Shown here one piece after another: positions 37,439-47,994 of a stretch of DNA of 64,000 nucleotides. The stretch's first letter is position 1. Each line of letters starts with the position of its first letter. A program made the position numbers and the translations under genes. The notes beneath the pieces are model-generated. The model saw only the letters and a list, made by a program, of their open reading frames with translations, searched no databases and had not been told where the DNA came from. The DNA comes from a virus (Duplodnaviria > Caudoviricetes). Location: positions 1,470 to 65,469 of the IMG/VR virus record IMGVR_UViG_3300027985_000227. One strand, written 5' to 3'.

Positions 37439-39123
37439 TCTACTATCTCCTCAACTTTTAAGCTGACATAACAGGAATTCAGCCAATCATATTCAAACGT
37501 AACTGTCTCTTCGGCTAAGCGAACCTTATACAAACGAGCCAATCTCACTATATCATTCGCAGTAAAGTTTACACCATGCTGCTCGGTAAATGTTATGGCT
37601 TCTGTAGTACTCCCTTCTACCACATTTAATACTTGACGTAACAAAATAGTACCATCACTTAACTCTATAACCATATGCATCTCTGCAAGATTATTAAATA
37701 CTGCGGCCAACCCAGCTTTCATTACGTCTATAGATGAACTGGTGGACACGGCAGACCCTGACATCAGAGCTTCTAGTGTCTGACCCACAACCCAAAATTG
37801 ACCAACCTTGCCAACCATCTTATTTAGCCACTGCTTAAACTCTACTATGGCTGACTTGTTTGAAAAATACTTTTTATACGGTAATATAGATTTCGAATAC
37901 GTAGTGTGGTATACATAATCAAATATACCGCTCTTATTATCTAGCTCATCAAAATCATTTAGTATTGTTATAGTTGACTTGTCTGAGTCTATAAGAGTGG
38001 CGTCTAATAACAGGTCAAGTCCACCATATTGGTCAGGTAAATCTGTAGAACCTATGTCTTCAGGATAAATGACGTTGAACTCGTAATTAGAACTAAGTCC
38101 TATCTTCTTTAAAAAGTTTATGTCTAATTGCCTTGGCGCTTTAGACAGTTTTAATGGTGAAAGTATTACAAATGAATAATCATTAACACAACCAAAATCA
38201 GTAACTACGTGATCAGCATGGACTTCAGATACGTTAATGGCTTCAAACAATATATCACTACCCCATATAAATAAGCTGTCACCAACATCTATATCCATAA
38301 TAGACGTATCAAAATAAAAGTCCGTAGTTCCAGCAGATATAGGAGTTAGAACTGTCACTAAATCAGACCACTGTGGTATGCCGAAATTTATATATTGGTA
38401 TGCTTTCAACGTGTTATGCATCTTATTGGATACATGAACATCGTCTTTTACATAATCATATACGAAAGATACTCGTGGGTATGTGCGTAAAGATTGCACA
38501 GTCTCTGTAGTATCAAACGCAGTAAATACTTCCGATAACCACTCCATTCTCTCTTTAAAGGTTTGCTGCGGCATGTAGCCCCATATGACTAAACGAGTAC
38601 CGTCTACATTAAGCGTAGACTCATTGTAATTGACACCATCAGTGTATTTAAATATAAACTCTGCCGATATTGTGGATGGTCCGTCAGTAGATACTGTTAA
38701 TGTGTATATTAACGATTCACCAGCGGCCATAACATACGGTATTACAGCCGCATTATACAGGTCTAATCCACCGTCATTAGTGGCAGCTATCTCGTAAATT
38801 GTACGTGTTTCGTCGTATAGAGCTGCGTTCCATACCTCTACTTCATAAACCAACTCACGCAATACAGCACCTGTTGATATAGAAAACGGCACTATCCATA
38901 TCTGACCATATAGGTAATCCACATAGTCATAAGCCATACCTACACAGTCTGGTCTAGTTAACGAGTTCCATACTGGCTGACCGATATTCTCTGAGCCTAA
39001 ACAGGCCTCGCTAGCGTCTATAAAAGACAGCGACGTTGGGGGTGTAATGTTTTGCGTGACTGAAGTATATGAAGTAAAGTCAGCCGTGCCAACATCTGGA
39101 CAAAGACCTGTATACGTAGTCAT
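37435..39123 (-). CDS. tail structural/assembly protein
   Basis: 562 aa with E.MEWLS.V.....E....LR..PR motif; tail module context. Confidence 0.75.
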   Translation of the reverse strand: MTTYTGLCPDVGTADFTSYTSVTQNITPPTSLSFIDASEACLGSENIGQPVWNSLTRPDCVGMAYDYVDYLYGQIWIVPFSISTGAVLRELVYEVEVWNAALYDETRTIYEIAATNDGGLDLYNAAVIPYVMAAGESLIYTLTVSTDGPSTISAEFIFKYTDGVNYNESTLNVDGTRLVIWGYMPQQTFKERMEWLSEVFTAFDTTETVQSLRTYPRVSFVYDYVKDDVHVSNKMHNTLKAYQYINFGIPQWSDLVTVLTPISAGTTDFYFDTSIMDIDVGDSLFIWGSDILFEAINVSEVHADHVVTDFGCVNDYSFVILSPLKLSKAPRQLDINFLKKIGLSSNYEFNVIYPEDIGSTDLPDQYGGLDLLLDATLIDSDKSTITILNDFDELDNKSGIFDYVYHTTYSKSILPYKKYFSNKSAIVEFKQWLNKMVGKVGQFWVVGQTLEALMSGSAVSTSSSIDVMKAGLAAVFNNLAEMHMVIELSDGTILLRQVLNVVEGSTTEAITFTEQHGVNFTANDIVRLARLYKVRLAEETVTFEYDWLNSCYVSLKVEEIVE

Positions 39124-40190
39124 ACTGTTTTCTTAACGACAAACCCATATATCCAAGTATTTACTGCTGCTTCAGCGTAGGTAGTCCACCAATTTTCTAC
39201 GTTGGATTGTACCGCCAATGGGAATACAACCCAAGTATCAGATCCGACTGTAACTTCTTGCTCTGCCGTATAAAACTCCATATTTATAGCACGAATGTGA
39301 GCTAGTCTACCAGCTAAAAAGAACCTGTTAGTCAGACGCGTTATATATACGTTTATAGGCTGAAGGTACGAAAGAAGACCGAATCTATTAGCACCTCGTA
39401 CTAAAGTCATATTTTCTATAGCACTACCATAAAATCCTGATATAGTGGCAGGCGCTTGAAGCATTCCATTAGAACAATCACCGCCCGTTGGATCACTTAA
39501 ACTTGATGTACCTAGATAACTACCTATGCCACCATGATGATATTGTGGCGTACTATCTATATCAAACCGTATTACACCACCACCACGATCAAATGACTGA
39601 TAACTGTCACTTCCTTTATCAAGGAACGTATAGTGTTTACCAGAGTTGGCATCACCAACGAATGAGTTTGAAGCTGCCGCTATGTACCCGCCCCATACAT
39701 ATGCGCCATCTGCCGAACCTACTAGCGATGTGTCATATATGTCAGTAGCAACGCCAAATCCTAAGTGACGCCACCAACCTTCGGCTGTCAAGAATGACAC
39801 TGTTATCTCTTCATCATCCATAAATATATGGTACTTTTGAACCGTTCCAGCACCACACAGATTAAGAACTGTTCCATTTCTAAGGTCATTGTATGTGGAT
39901 GCCCATGTACCTGGTTGTTGCCATGGGTTGGCACCAGTATCTAAACCAGTAGCCATTTTCATGTAAATATAGTAATACCCGCCTGTACCTACAGACGAAG
40001 CTATTAACGTGCTATATTGTGTCCAGAAATGATAATAAACACCGCCTTTTGATAGACATAGCCACGTATCATTAATGCCACCACTAGTATCCCAGTGCTC
40101 TTGAGTATACCCATTAGATACAGCGAACGTACGTATCTGATTAAGAATCTGAGAATAGTCAGACAGAGAAAATCCGGATGTGTATGCCAT
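39120..40190 (-). CDS. virion structural protein
   Basis: MAY.SG N-terminus; GSDTWVVFP C-terminus; context. Confidence 0.7.
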   Translation of the reverse strand: MAYTSGFSLSDYSQILNQIRTFAVSNGYTQEHWDTSGGINDTWLCLSKGGVYYHFWTQYSTLIASSVGTGGYYYIYMKMATGLDTGANPWQQPGTWASTYNDLRNGTVLNLCGAGTVQKYHIFMDDEEITVSFLTAEGWWRHLGFGVATDIYDTSLVGSADGAYVWGGYIAAASNSFVGDANSGKHYTFLDKGSDSYQSFDRGGGVIRFDIDSTPQYHHGGIGSYLGTSSLSDPTGGDCSNGMLQAPATISGFYGSAIENMTLVRGANRFGLLSYLQPINVYITRLTNRFFLAGRLAHIRAINMEFYTAEQEVTVGSDTWVVFPLAVQSNVENWWTTYAEAAVNTWIYGFVVKKTV

Positions 40191-41428
40191 TACAATAGCC
40201 TCAGCGCTACGAAGTCGTAGTTGTTATTTCTGTGAATATTCTGTATGACTAGCCAATCATACGTATTACACTGCACGATATCACCAAGTGTTAACGTATT
40301 GTGGCCTGGAACAGCAGCGATTCCGAATAACTCACCTAACCACTGTGCCGGTAAACCCATAGATATCTTAATTGGTATCATTGGATATTTTCCAGATAAA
40401 TCCGGTCTCATAGCATCAATAGCCATACGAACGGTTTGATCAAAACCATATGGGTGAGTCTGATTCTGGGTAGATGTGGGTGTTATTTGTGAGGCGTATG
40501 CGAACGATTCACTAAATGAATCAAGATAATTATACACATCTAACCACGTATTATCTGGACGAAGTACGCTCATAGCTTGATAGGCCGGGTCAACACAGAA
40601 TCGTATACGACTATCTTGTGTAGAATACTTAAATGTGCTAGACTGATCTATAGAATCACCGCCAATTACTAATGGACCAGGATAAGCACCTGTAGACGCG
40701 TATTGTGTCATATACCGCGCTATCATGAGACGACTGGTGGTACCTGCCTGAATAGCCCAATTAAACCCGTACTCATCTGCTATTATCCAATGAGTCATCG
40801 GTTGATTTCGTACGTAACAGAATTTGTGTGAACAAGAGTTGGGTTGACTATCGACACCCAAAGACAAGTTAGGATTACGAGTACCGTGTACACGAACATA
40901 GAATCGGTCATTATCTTTGTCACGACCAGCCACTATACATATGTTTATTGTGTCTGATCCTGCGCCTACGAATTCTACCTGGAACTTATACTCACATAAT
41001 GCAGTACCAGCATATGTATAATCGTGCTGCTCAAGAGTTGCAGCCTCACCTGACGTATCCATGTCACCTACACCAGTTATGACAACAGTAAATACAGACG
41101 TGGTATCAAATGCACCTGTTGAATCAGACGAAATTATGAACGTAACTCCGCTATCTTCATATAGAACGTTAGATGTAGCACTAGACAACGAACCAATAAT
41201 GCTACCAGATACGCTCCATACCTCAGCACCTTCTGTAGTGTCATCAGTACACGTTATTGTTATGGTCTGATTAGCTAGCGTGTTATCAGCACCAAACGCA
41301 TCTAACGTACCACTACCAGATCCGGTCAAAACCGGAAGGTTATTTTCTTTATAGCCGCACACATAATTACGTAGACGTCCGGCCAAATCTAGGACATTTT
41401 GAGCGTCTGTCTCAGTTTTCCAAGTCAT
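40190..41428 (-). CDS. virion structural protein
   Basis: 412 aa, YP.PL.IGG and LGEL.G motifs; directly after the tape measure gene. Confidence 0.7.
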   Translation of the reverse strand: MTWKTETDAQNVLDLAGRLRNYVCGYKENNLPVLTGSGSGTLDAFGADNTLANQTITITCTDDTTEGAEVWSVSGSIIGSLSSATSNVLYEDSGVTFIISSDSTGAFDTTSVFTVVITGVGDMDTSGEAATLEQHDYTYAGTALCEYKFQVEFVGAGSDTINICIVAGRDKDNDRFYVRVHGTRNPNLSLGVDSQPNSCSHKFCYVRNQPMTHWIIADEYGFNWAIQAGTTSRLMIARYMTQYASTGAYPGPLVIGGDSIDQSSTFKYSTQDSRIRFCVDPAYQAMSVLRPDNTWLDVYNYLDSFSESFAYASQITPTSTQNQTHPYGFDQTVRMAIDAMRPDLSGKYPMIPIKISMGLPAQWLGELFGIAAVPGHNTLTLGDIVQCNTYDWLVIQNIHRNNNYDFVALRLL

Positions 41429-44097
41429 TATGATATATACCTTTTGACTGCGGACGGGTTACTTTTTATTACATTTAACACTACATCATGACCATCTGGT
41501 GACAACAAGAAGTCACGTACTAAAGATGGATCAAGAAGGTTTATGATATTCATTGGCGTCTTTTGCTTTTCTTCTGTCTTCGGCGCATCGGCTGGCTTAC
41601 GCTTTTCAGCACGATAGCTTTCAGCTTGCTTAGCTGGAATTATAGCCTCATCCTTATGAACGTACGCTAAACCATCATTAGCCACTCGATCAGAACCAAC
41701 TGCATTCCTTGGAGCATTCGCAGCACTGACGGCGCCTGTTACAGATGAACCAAAATTCATCATAGCGCAAGCTTGAGGAAACGCAGTGCATAATGCTTGC
41801 ATCATAACCATTTTTGTAAGCATCATGGTTATGTCTAACATAACAGACCGTGCAAAATCCTTAAACGAAAATTTACCTGTCTGTGCAAAATTAACTATGG
41901 CGTCTGCCATAGAGTTGAACGCATTCGTTGTGACAGACTTCATATTGTCGTACACATTAAATACGTCCTGACTCATATCGTATATGGCGTCACTGGCTCC
42001 AGCAAACACTTGGTCTGGAAGAGACATTTCACCCATAGCCACCTTAGCTTCTATCAACTGCACTTTCAATTCGTGCATGGCGTCTGCGTAAGAATTTACA
42101 CTTATTACACCGTTGTCAAGAAGATAGTTGAGTACTTCCGTCTCATTAGATAATTCACGTGTAGCGTTAACTACTGGGTCAATTCTGGCTGAGTCCTCAT
42201 ATAGCATTGTCATCTCAGCAAGATGCTTTTTAAGTGCAGCTACTTGCTCTATGATCTGCTGACGTACGTCTAAATCTTTGCCAGCATATTTGCTAGCAGC
42301 TTCACGCATATCGGCCTCTTTTTCAAGTTCAGCTGTGAGATACTCACGAGCAAGACCTTCCTTACCTATAAGCTTTATTTGATCTTCTATCTCACGACGT
42401 GGCTCTGATATTTTAAATAGCTCTTCGTTGTAGTCTATCTGAAGCTCTAACAGCTTCTTTAAAGATTCAGCGTATCTGCTAGCCGCACCTTCACGGAATT
42501 CACGTGTTTGAGAACCTGGTCCACCGCCACCAAGAGCATCACGCTTATACTTAATTAAATTCTGCTGCTCTTTATCCATATCCTTTTGGATTTTTTCGAG
42601 CTCAGATTTAAATGCATCACGTTCAAAATTTGATAATGCCCTACGTATAGACGCGTTAAACTGCGCATCAGTGATTTCCTGTATAACGGGTGCAGCAGAC
42701 TTGTTATTGATTAACTCGTCTACTATATCACTGGTAGTCTGTAATTCTTTATTAAGCTCTTTAACCTGATCTTTTACCTCTTTGACTGGCGCTATGGCTG
42801 CTTCAGCTTCACCAGAAAACATTCCACCCATCCAATCAGTGAGGGCATTACCATCTAAGAATCCATCTACAACAGCTTTCATTGGGTTTAATACGGCGCC
42901 CATTACATCCATACCAGTTCCAGCTACGTCCATAGCTGACTCTGCTTTCTTCTTAATCTCTGGCACTGCGTGTATTATTTTGTCTACCCACTCATATATA
43001 GACTTTAGTGTATCGCGCATACCTTCAAAGAAACCAGTAACATCCTCCTTATCGATGTTAGTCAGCCAGTCAGTAAATTTTCCAACTATACGTCCTAACT
43101 CCTGACTTATTTCTTTGAATACTACACGATTATCACGTAACCATTTAGCTATTCTGTCTGCAGCATTGCCAAGAGCGTCAAGTAATCCGCCATGTGCCAG
43201 TATTTGTGATGTATTAAATAGCTCGTTTTGGAATCTACGAAACGCACCAATAGCTGTCTTAGACGCTAAACTAGCCGCGCCACCGAATTTCTCATGAATC
43301 TTCTTGGCAAAAGGTGTTAAGAATTCACCAGTGGAAACAGCGCCTTCACGTACCTTAGATTCCAACTCAGCCACACTCATCTTCATGGCGTTAGCAGCTA
43401 GCTGCATGGCACCAGGAATGCGCTCTGCTAACTGCAAGCGAAGCTCTTCCATTGACACTCTGCCCTTAGACGCCATCTGTTGAAGCGCTAAGAATACACC
43501 TTGCATTTCTTGTTTGTTTAAGTGTAAGGCCGCACTGGCTTCACCAAATGCCTCAAATATCTGATTTATCTCATCAGTAGGTAAAGCACCTTTGGCAGCC
43601 GCAGCAAACTTAGCAAATGGCGCTGCAGCAGATTCAAACGATATACCAAGTCTATTAGCAGAGTCCATTAACCAGTCTAACTGGTCTCTAGCTCCTTCTA
43701 TAGAGCCAGTTATAACAGACATCGTTGTTAAGAATTTTTGGTAGTTTAATCCTGATTCTAGTACCTTCTTAACTGTGCCTATAACACCAAGAGGCGCTAT
43801 TAGTCCTGCGGCCTTACCGAATGTAACCTTCCATGCGTTTACTAAATTACTTCCAGCTGTTTTCATCATGCCAAATATGTTTTTGACATGGTTGTACATA
43901 CTGGACGCAGCGCCCTTTATGGCCTTAAACGCGGCCACAAATCCACCACCAATACTCTTGGTAACGTCAGATATGAACTTAGTCGTACTATTTGCATGAT
44001 TACGCATGCGTTCAAACGCATTTTCAGCCGCTCGCGCACCTGTTTCCGCACCTGACGGATCAATTGCTACGTGGAGTGTCGATGTTTGGTCGGTCAC
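41428..44097 (-). CDS. tail tape measure protein
   Basis: 889 aa, Ala-rich; ALQQMASKGRVSMEELRLQLAERIPGA tape-measure motif. Confidence 0.92.
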   Translation of the reverse strand: MTDQTSTLHVAIDPSGAETGARAAENAFERMRNHANSTTKFISDVTKSIGGGFVAAFKAIKGAASSMYNHVKNIFGMMKTAGSNLVNAWKVTFGKAAGLIAPLGVIGTVKKVLESGLNYQKFLTTMSVITGSIEGARDQLDWLMDSANRLGISFESAAAPFAKFAAAAKGALPTDEINQIFEAFGEASAALHLNKQEMQGVFLALQQMASKGRVSMEELRLQLAERIPGAMQLAANAMKMSVAELESKVREGAVSTGEFLTPFAKKIHEKFGGAASLASKTAIGAFRRFQNELFNTSQILAHGGLLDALGNAADRIAKWLRDNRVVFKEISQELGRIVGKFTDWLTNIDKEDVTGFFEGMRDTLKSIYEWVDKIIHAVPEIKKKAESAMDVAGTGMDVMGAVLNPMKAVVDGFLDGNALTDWMGGMFSGEAEAAIAPVKEVKDQVKELNKELQTTSDIVDELINNKSAAPVIQEITDAQFNASIRRALSNFERDAFKSELEKIQKDMDKEQQNLIKYKRDALGGGGPGSQTREFREGAASRYAESLKKLLELQIDYNEELFKISEPRREIEDQIKLIGKEGLAREYLTAELEKEADMREAASKYAGKDLDVRQQIIEQVAALKKHLAEMTMLYEDSARIDPVVNATRELSNETEVLNYLLDNGVISVNSYADAMHELKVQLIEAKVAMGEMSLPDQVFAGASDAIYDMSQDVFNVYDNMKSVTTNAFNSMADAIVNFAQTGKFSFKDFARSVMLDITMMLTKMVMMQALCTAFPQACAMMNFGSSVTGAVSAANAPRNAVGSDRVANDGLAYVHKDEAIIPAKQAESYRAEKRKPADAPKTEEKQKTPMNIINLLDPSLVRDFLLSPDGHDVVLNVIKSNPSAVKRYIS

Positions 44098-44407
44098 TGT
44101 TATGGTGCTCCAAAAATACTGAATCCATTTTTATCATGTAGTCAGTAAATTTTTCTAAGTCGTACCACCGGTACAGCGAAAAATATGCGATAATCTCTGA
44201 GAAAGGGATTGGGTTAAGAGCTAACCCGCTCTGTCTGCGTGTAGACAACGTCCAAAATGCCTGCACATAGAAATGTAAGTGCCCTGGAACAACTACTTTG
44301 TTTTCCAGTGCGGGCGGAGATATCCCTCTCTCCACCAATGATTCTAGGAACTCTTCTTTATCGGCCCACTCTAGTTCCCACTTGATGTAGGCCTTTAGAA
44401 TTCCCCC
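44060..44407 (-). CDS. tail assembly chaperone, frameshifted C-terminal part (gpT-like)
   Basis: -1 frame is open from the slippery site at 44401-44407 to the stop at 44060; FWTLSTRRQ.G...PIPFSEI. Confidence 0.75.
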   Translation of the reverse strand, partial: GGILKAYIKWELEWADKEEFLESLVERGISPPALENKVVVPGHLHFYVQAFWTLSTRRQSGLALNPIPFSEIIAYFSLYRWYDLEKFTDYMIKMDSVFLEHHNSDRPNIDTPRSN

Positions 44408-44781
44408 TCTTCTTTCATTTCCTCTTTACGGTAGTTTTCAAGGTTCATGGAAAAATCTTGTATAAACTCACGAAGATCTGGGTTAGCTATGAGAACTCGT
44501 ACAGCGTTTTCAAACGAGTACTCTATAATATTCTTACCATCGCCTACATTCTTCCAATCCAACAGAAGACCATGAGCCATGGCTTTGCAAAGAATCTCAG
44601 TCTGTATTTTTGGATCAAGAGTACCTTTATCGATCTTCTTAGCAAATGGCTGCTGAAGACGTGAGAACTCACGCTGAAAGGCCATACTGTTGGTGCTTGC
44701 TATTAAAAACTCGCCACCACCAAAATCAGTCCAAACACCGTTGTCTTTACCTTGATCATTTATAGTTGATGCGTTAAACAT
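44395..44781 (-). CDS. tail assembly chaperone (gpG-like)
   Basis: between the major tail and tape measure genes; LLLDWKNV; ends in G GGG GAA. Confidence 0.85.
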   Translation of the reverse strand: MFNASTINDQGKDNGVWTDFGGGEFLIASTNSMAFQREFSRLQQPFAKKIDKGTLDPKIQTEILCKAMAHGLLLDWKNVGDGKNIIEYSFENAVRVLIANPDLREFIQDFSMNLENYRKEEMKEEGEF

Positions 44782-44876
44782 GTGTAGTCTCCATGGTTAT
44801 TGATAGCGCCCAGATTTATCCGTTATTTTTAAGTAGTATAACTATGCTGACGAATTAAATCTGGGAGCTCGTTGGT

Positions 44877-46028
44877 TTACAGCTTATCTACCTGAGCTGT
44901 GCACAGGGTCGTAGGATCGAGTATGGCTCTCCAGCCAGCCTGCATCATGACATCTGTATCAAGGCCACCCGCAACTACCTCACCAGACTCGAACTTTACG
45001 TACGGCAGAGTGAATACGTAGGCATTACCACTTGCATCTTCCATTACGAACGCCAGAGAGAATGCCGAAGCATTCAGATACAGATCATACATGGTTTTAT
45101 CTTCGAAGTACAGGTTAATATCACCAGTCACATCGAGAGAACCAAGAGCAATACCTACGTGTGGTAAACTTCCGATCGCGTCTTGAGAACGAAGGTTGTT
45201 GTTTATAGACAACGACAGAGTATTGAAGAACGCTGTAGATTGTGAATCGTTCAGATATATAGCTGAAATGTTACCTACAGCATTCATAACTTCGGTCGTA
45301 GTGGCCGGAACTACTGTGGCACCAGTAATCTGGGTCTCAGATACATTGGCACCTAAAGCCATAAACTTGAACGCACCAGTTACTATTTGTCCAGTAGCGT
45401 AGGACAGATCGAGACCACCACATCGAGCACCAGTAAAGTTCATGTACGTCGGTACAGTGGAATCCTGAAGCGCCTTCTGAATGGTATACGACAGAAGTGT
45501 GGTACCATTTCTCATCATAGTTCCGGATACGCTTACAGCGGTTCCAGCACTTTCATCGGCCAGTGTAATTCCAGTAAGGGTTATTTTTGCGCTAGTCTGT
45601 GTGGCTACTCGACCATAACCATTATTGGTTGTGCTGGTTAACTTTATCCACTGACCCACTACCAAGTTAGCGAACTCAGTACCAGACGAATTGAGCGAGT
45701 TATCGGCCGCTACAGCCGATATAGTGAGAGAATCTACTATGTCTGTAGCTGTACCCCAAGCACTGGCAAATGCGGCTTGAAGAAACTCGTCATACGAGTT
45801 ATAGCTCATCTCTATGTTTAAGTCGCCAGCTGCGTCTGACTGAACTTGTACAAGAGCAGAGCGCTGACGATCATCACGAATCTCATTGCTAGTGATGTTG
45901 GACAAGTTGTAATTAAGGCTTTCACCTGTAAAACGAAGCGCCTGAAAAACTGGAGTAGCAGGTGTGACACCAAAGGTGGACTCTTTGATGAAGCGTAACG
46001 CAGTGCGGTTGCTTGATGCGAACGACAT
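44877..46028 (-). CDS. major tail tube protein
   Basis: ESTFGVTP....LRFTGESL....SNEIR.DRQ; 383 aa. Confidence 0.85.
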   Translation of the reverse strand: MSFASSNRTALRFIKESTFGVTPATPVFQALRFTGESLNYNLSNITSNEIRDDRQRSALVQVQSDAAGDLNIEMSYNSYDEFLQAAFASAWGTATDIVDSLTISAVAADNSLNSSGTEFANLVVGQWIKLTSTTNNGYGRVATQTSAKITLTGITLADESAGTAVSVSGTMMRNGTTLLSYTIQKALQDSTVPTYMNFTGARCGGLDLSYATGQIVTGAFKFMALGANVSETQITGATVVPATTTEVMNAVGNISAIYLNDSQSTAFFNTLSLSINNNLRSQDAIGSLPHVGIALGSLDVTGDINLYFEDKTMYDLYLNASAFSLAFVMEDASGNAYVFTLPYVKFESGEVVAGGLDTDVMMQAGWRAILDPTTLCTAQVDKL

Positions 46029-46037
46029 GATTATCTC

Positions 46038-46436
46038 CTAGAATAATTCGTCTCTGTAAAATGGGCAACTGACATTCACTTGATACCAACCGGCTACGAT
46101 ACCTAAATCAATTACTACTGGGGCTTTAAATACAAGCCCATCGAATTGTTGGCCTCGCCATATGGCACATGCAGTGTCAGCCAATTCTAGAGCACGTTTA
46201 GCACCGCTGTTAGGCTCTACAAATACCTGAACAATCACATTACCAGGATGACGATACACATTAGTATCACCACCCATAGATGCTTGATAAGCAACACCTC
46301 GTACTATGTTTAATCTAACCCATTCATCGATATTATTAGTATCGAATTTAACATTTGGATACGCAACACCTACACCGGCAGGCCACATATTGCTGAAATG
46401 GCTTGTTATGTAGGCTTGTTCTTGTGCGTAACTCAT
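46038..46436 (-). CDS. tail terminator protein
   Basis: YPN..F....WVRL...G...VQVF...G....WYQ.NV..PF. Confidence 0.75.
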   Translation of the reverse strand: MSYAQEQAYITSHFSNMWPAGVGVAYPNVKFDTNNIDEWVRLNIVRGVAYQASMGGDTNVYRHPGNVIVQVFVEPNSGAKRALELADTACAIWRGQQFDGLVFKAPVVIDLGIVAGWYQVNVSCPFYRDELF

Positions 46437-46789
46437 AGGTTAAGACTGTCTAGTGTTACTTGAACCATTCCTGCCGGAGCTTTTGCTGAATAACCGTGCT
46501 CCAACAAGTTTATGTACGGTTTGCCATTAGCTATAAAAATAAGCGGATACTCGCCCTTTTTAAACTCTAACTTAGGCGCTACTGGAGGCGGAAGGTTATC
46601 TCCATCGTCTACAGTAGTGTAATTCGGTTTTTCCTTAGACATGTTCCAAGAAGCTCTCGCTTGACCTGTTAATACAGGTGTAAGTGTGATTATCCCGTTC
46701 CACACTTTATACGTAAGCTTCAATACAAAGTCTTGGGCTTCTTTATCAACCCAAGACCTAAAATCTCTTGTTGACAGCGATAGACTCAT
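46433..46789 (-). CDS. neck/tail-completion protein (HK97 gp10-like)
   Basis: TPVLTGQARASW...PYI.LLEHGYS.KAPAGMV. Confidence 0.8.
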   Translation of the reverse strand: MSLSLSTRDFRSWVDKEAQDFVLKLTYKVWNGIITLTPVLTGQARASWNMSKEKPNYTTVDDGDNLPPPVAPKLEFKKGEYPLIFIANGKPYINLLEHGYSAKAPAGMVQVTLDSLNL

Positions 46790-47145
46790 CGTCTTACTAT
46801 CAACTTGTACAGAAACGCCTCATCATATGTAATTATTGTATTTACACTAAGTATGGTGTATGTGTCACCGACAGCATCTTTAAACGAATCATCCATTTCT
46901 GGAGTAACAGATGACAGCACATATACCACACGAAGACCTTCAACTATGTCATGTGTATTTAAACCCGACTCTTTTGAGTCATCATACACGTATTTAATAG
47001 TCGTCTCTACACTAGTAACTGATGTTTCATCAGTGCTTGGGTCATATGACGAGGTATTCTTTATCACAGATCCAGGACCAGTTAAGGTGCTGGTTAATGA
47101 AAAAGCTAAACTTATACCACTTTGAACTTTTGATTTAAGGCTCAT
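46786..47145 (-). CDS. head-tail connector/closure protein
   Basis: YDPST motif; position. Confidence 0.65.
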   Translation of the reverse strand: MSLKSKVQSGISLAFSLTSTLTGPGSVIKNTSSYDPSTDETSVTSVETTIKYVYDDSKESGLNTHDIVEGLRVVYVLSSVTPEMDDSFKDAVGDTYTILSVNTIITYDEAFLYKLIVRR

Positions 47146-47627
47146 ACACGAACCAACTTTGGCGTCTGTATACCAGAAGCATCGCCTGATATAACAGCAC
47201 CATATTCGCTTATCATAGACACAACCAATCTTGGAAGCATCTGTATGACATTGTCCACATTAAAGTCTAACTTTATAGGCCCTACAGCTAATTTAGTTAG
47301 TGCTTCAGAATCGAATAACTCTGTATTATTTATGAGATGTAGCGCAAGCTCACATGTGGCGCGCTTAACTTTCTCAGGAAAAACAGACGTATATGGATCG
47401 TCAGGTAAATATCTAGGCCAGTTTAATGCTTGTGTATCTGTTACAGATTCACCGAACCAGGATATTATAGAATCTAGTATGGTGGTAGCGTATACTAGGG
47501 CAGCTTCAGAATCTGCCACAGTCTCCCAAGCGGATGCATACATGTGCGTCTCAAAGTAACTATCAGCATAAGCCTCAGTTACGTATGAGTTAGAAGCGCT
47601 ACCACCCTCTGTCGCATCTAGTGCCAT
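47142..47627 (-). CDS. head-tail adaptor (DnaT-like)
   Basis: SNSYVT...AD.YF...AL..AT..LD...QAL.WPR...P..VK.A.CELAL. Confidence 0.8.
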   Translation of the reverse strand: MALDATEGGSASNSYVTEAYADSYFETHMYASAWETVADSEAALVYATTILDSIISWFGESVTDTQALNWPRYLPDDPYTSVFPEKVKRATCELALHLINNTELFDSEALTKLAVGPIKLDFNVDNVIQMLPRLVVSMISEYGAVISGDASGIQTPKLVRV

Positions 47628-47676
47628 GTACGTCTCCAAAAAGCGCCGTCCATGGCGAGAGGACTACACCTGAAAC

Positions 47677-47928
47677 TTATTTAGCCGGCGCAGACTTGGC
47701 TGCAGCCTCAGCTTCTTTGGCTGGTTCAGGCTTAGTGGTGGTGCAGGCATAGAACTTTTTCAGCATCTTTATAGTTCCTACGTCTTTGGACGGAATTTTG
47801 ATCATGCCGTTCTTGAACCTGTAACGACCGAATGAACCCAGAGCTACAGTAGCGCCCTGACGTTTTCCAGTTAGATACAGAGTAGTGAATTCGGCCTCAG
47901 CCGCTGCAGAAGGTGTTTCGGTAGCCAT
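47677..47928 (-). CDS. small capsid-associated protein
   Basis: 83-aa ORF after the major capsid gene, AGGAG RBS. Confidence 0.6.
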   Translation of the reverse strand: MATETPSAAAEAEFTTLYLTGKRQGATVALGSFGRYRFKNGMIKIPSKDVGTIKMLKKFYACTTTKPEPAKEAEAAAKSAPAK

Positions 47929-47994
47929 TTATCGCTCCTGATTATAAAGTAGATGGGGGCCAGACTAGCTAGCCCCCAAGTTGTGCACCCTGAC

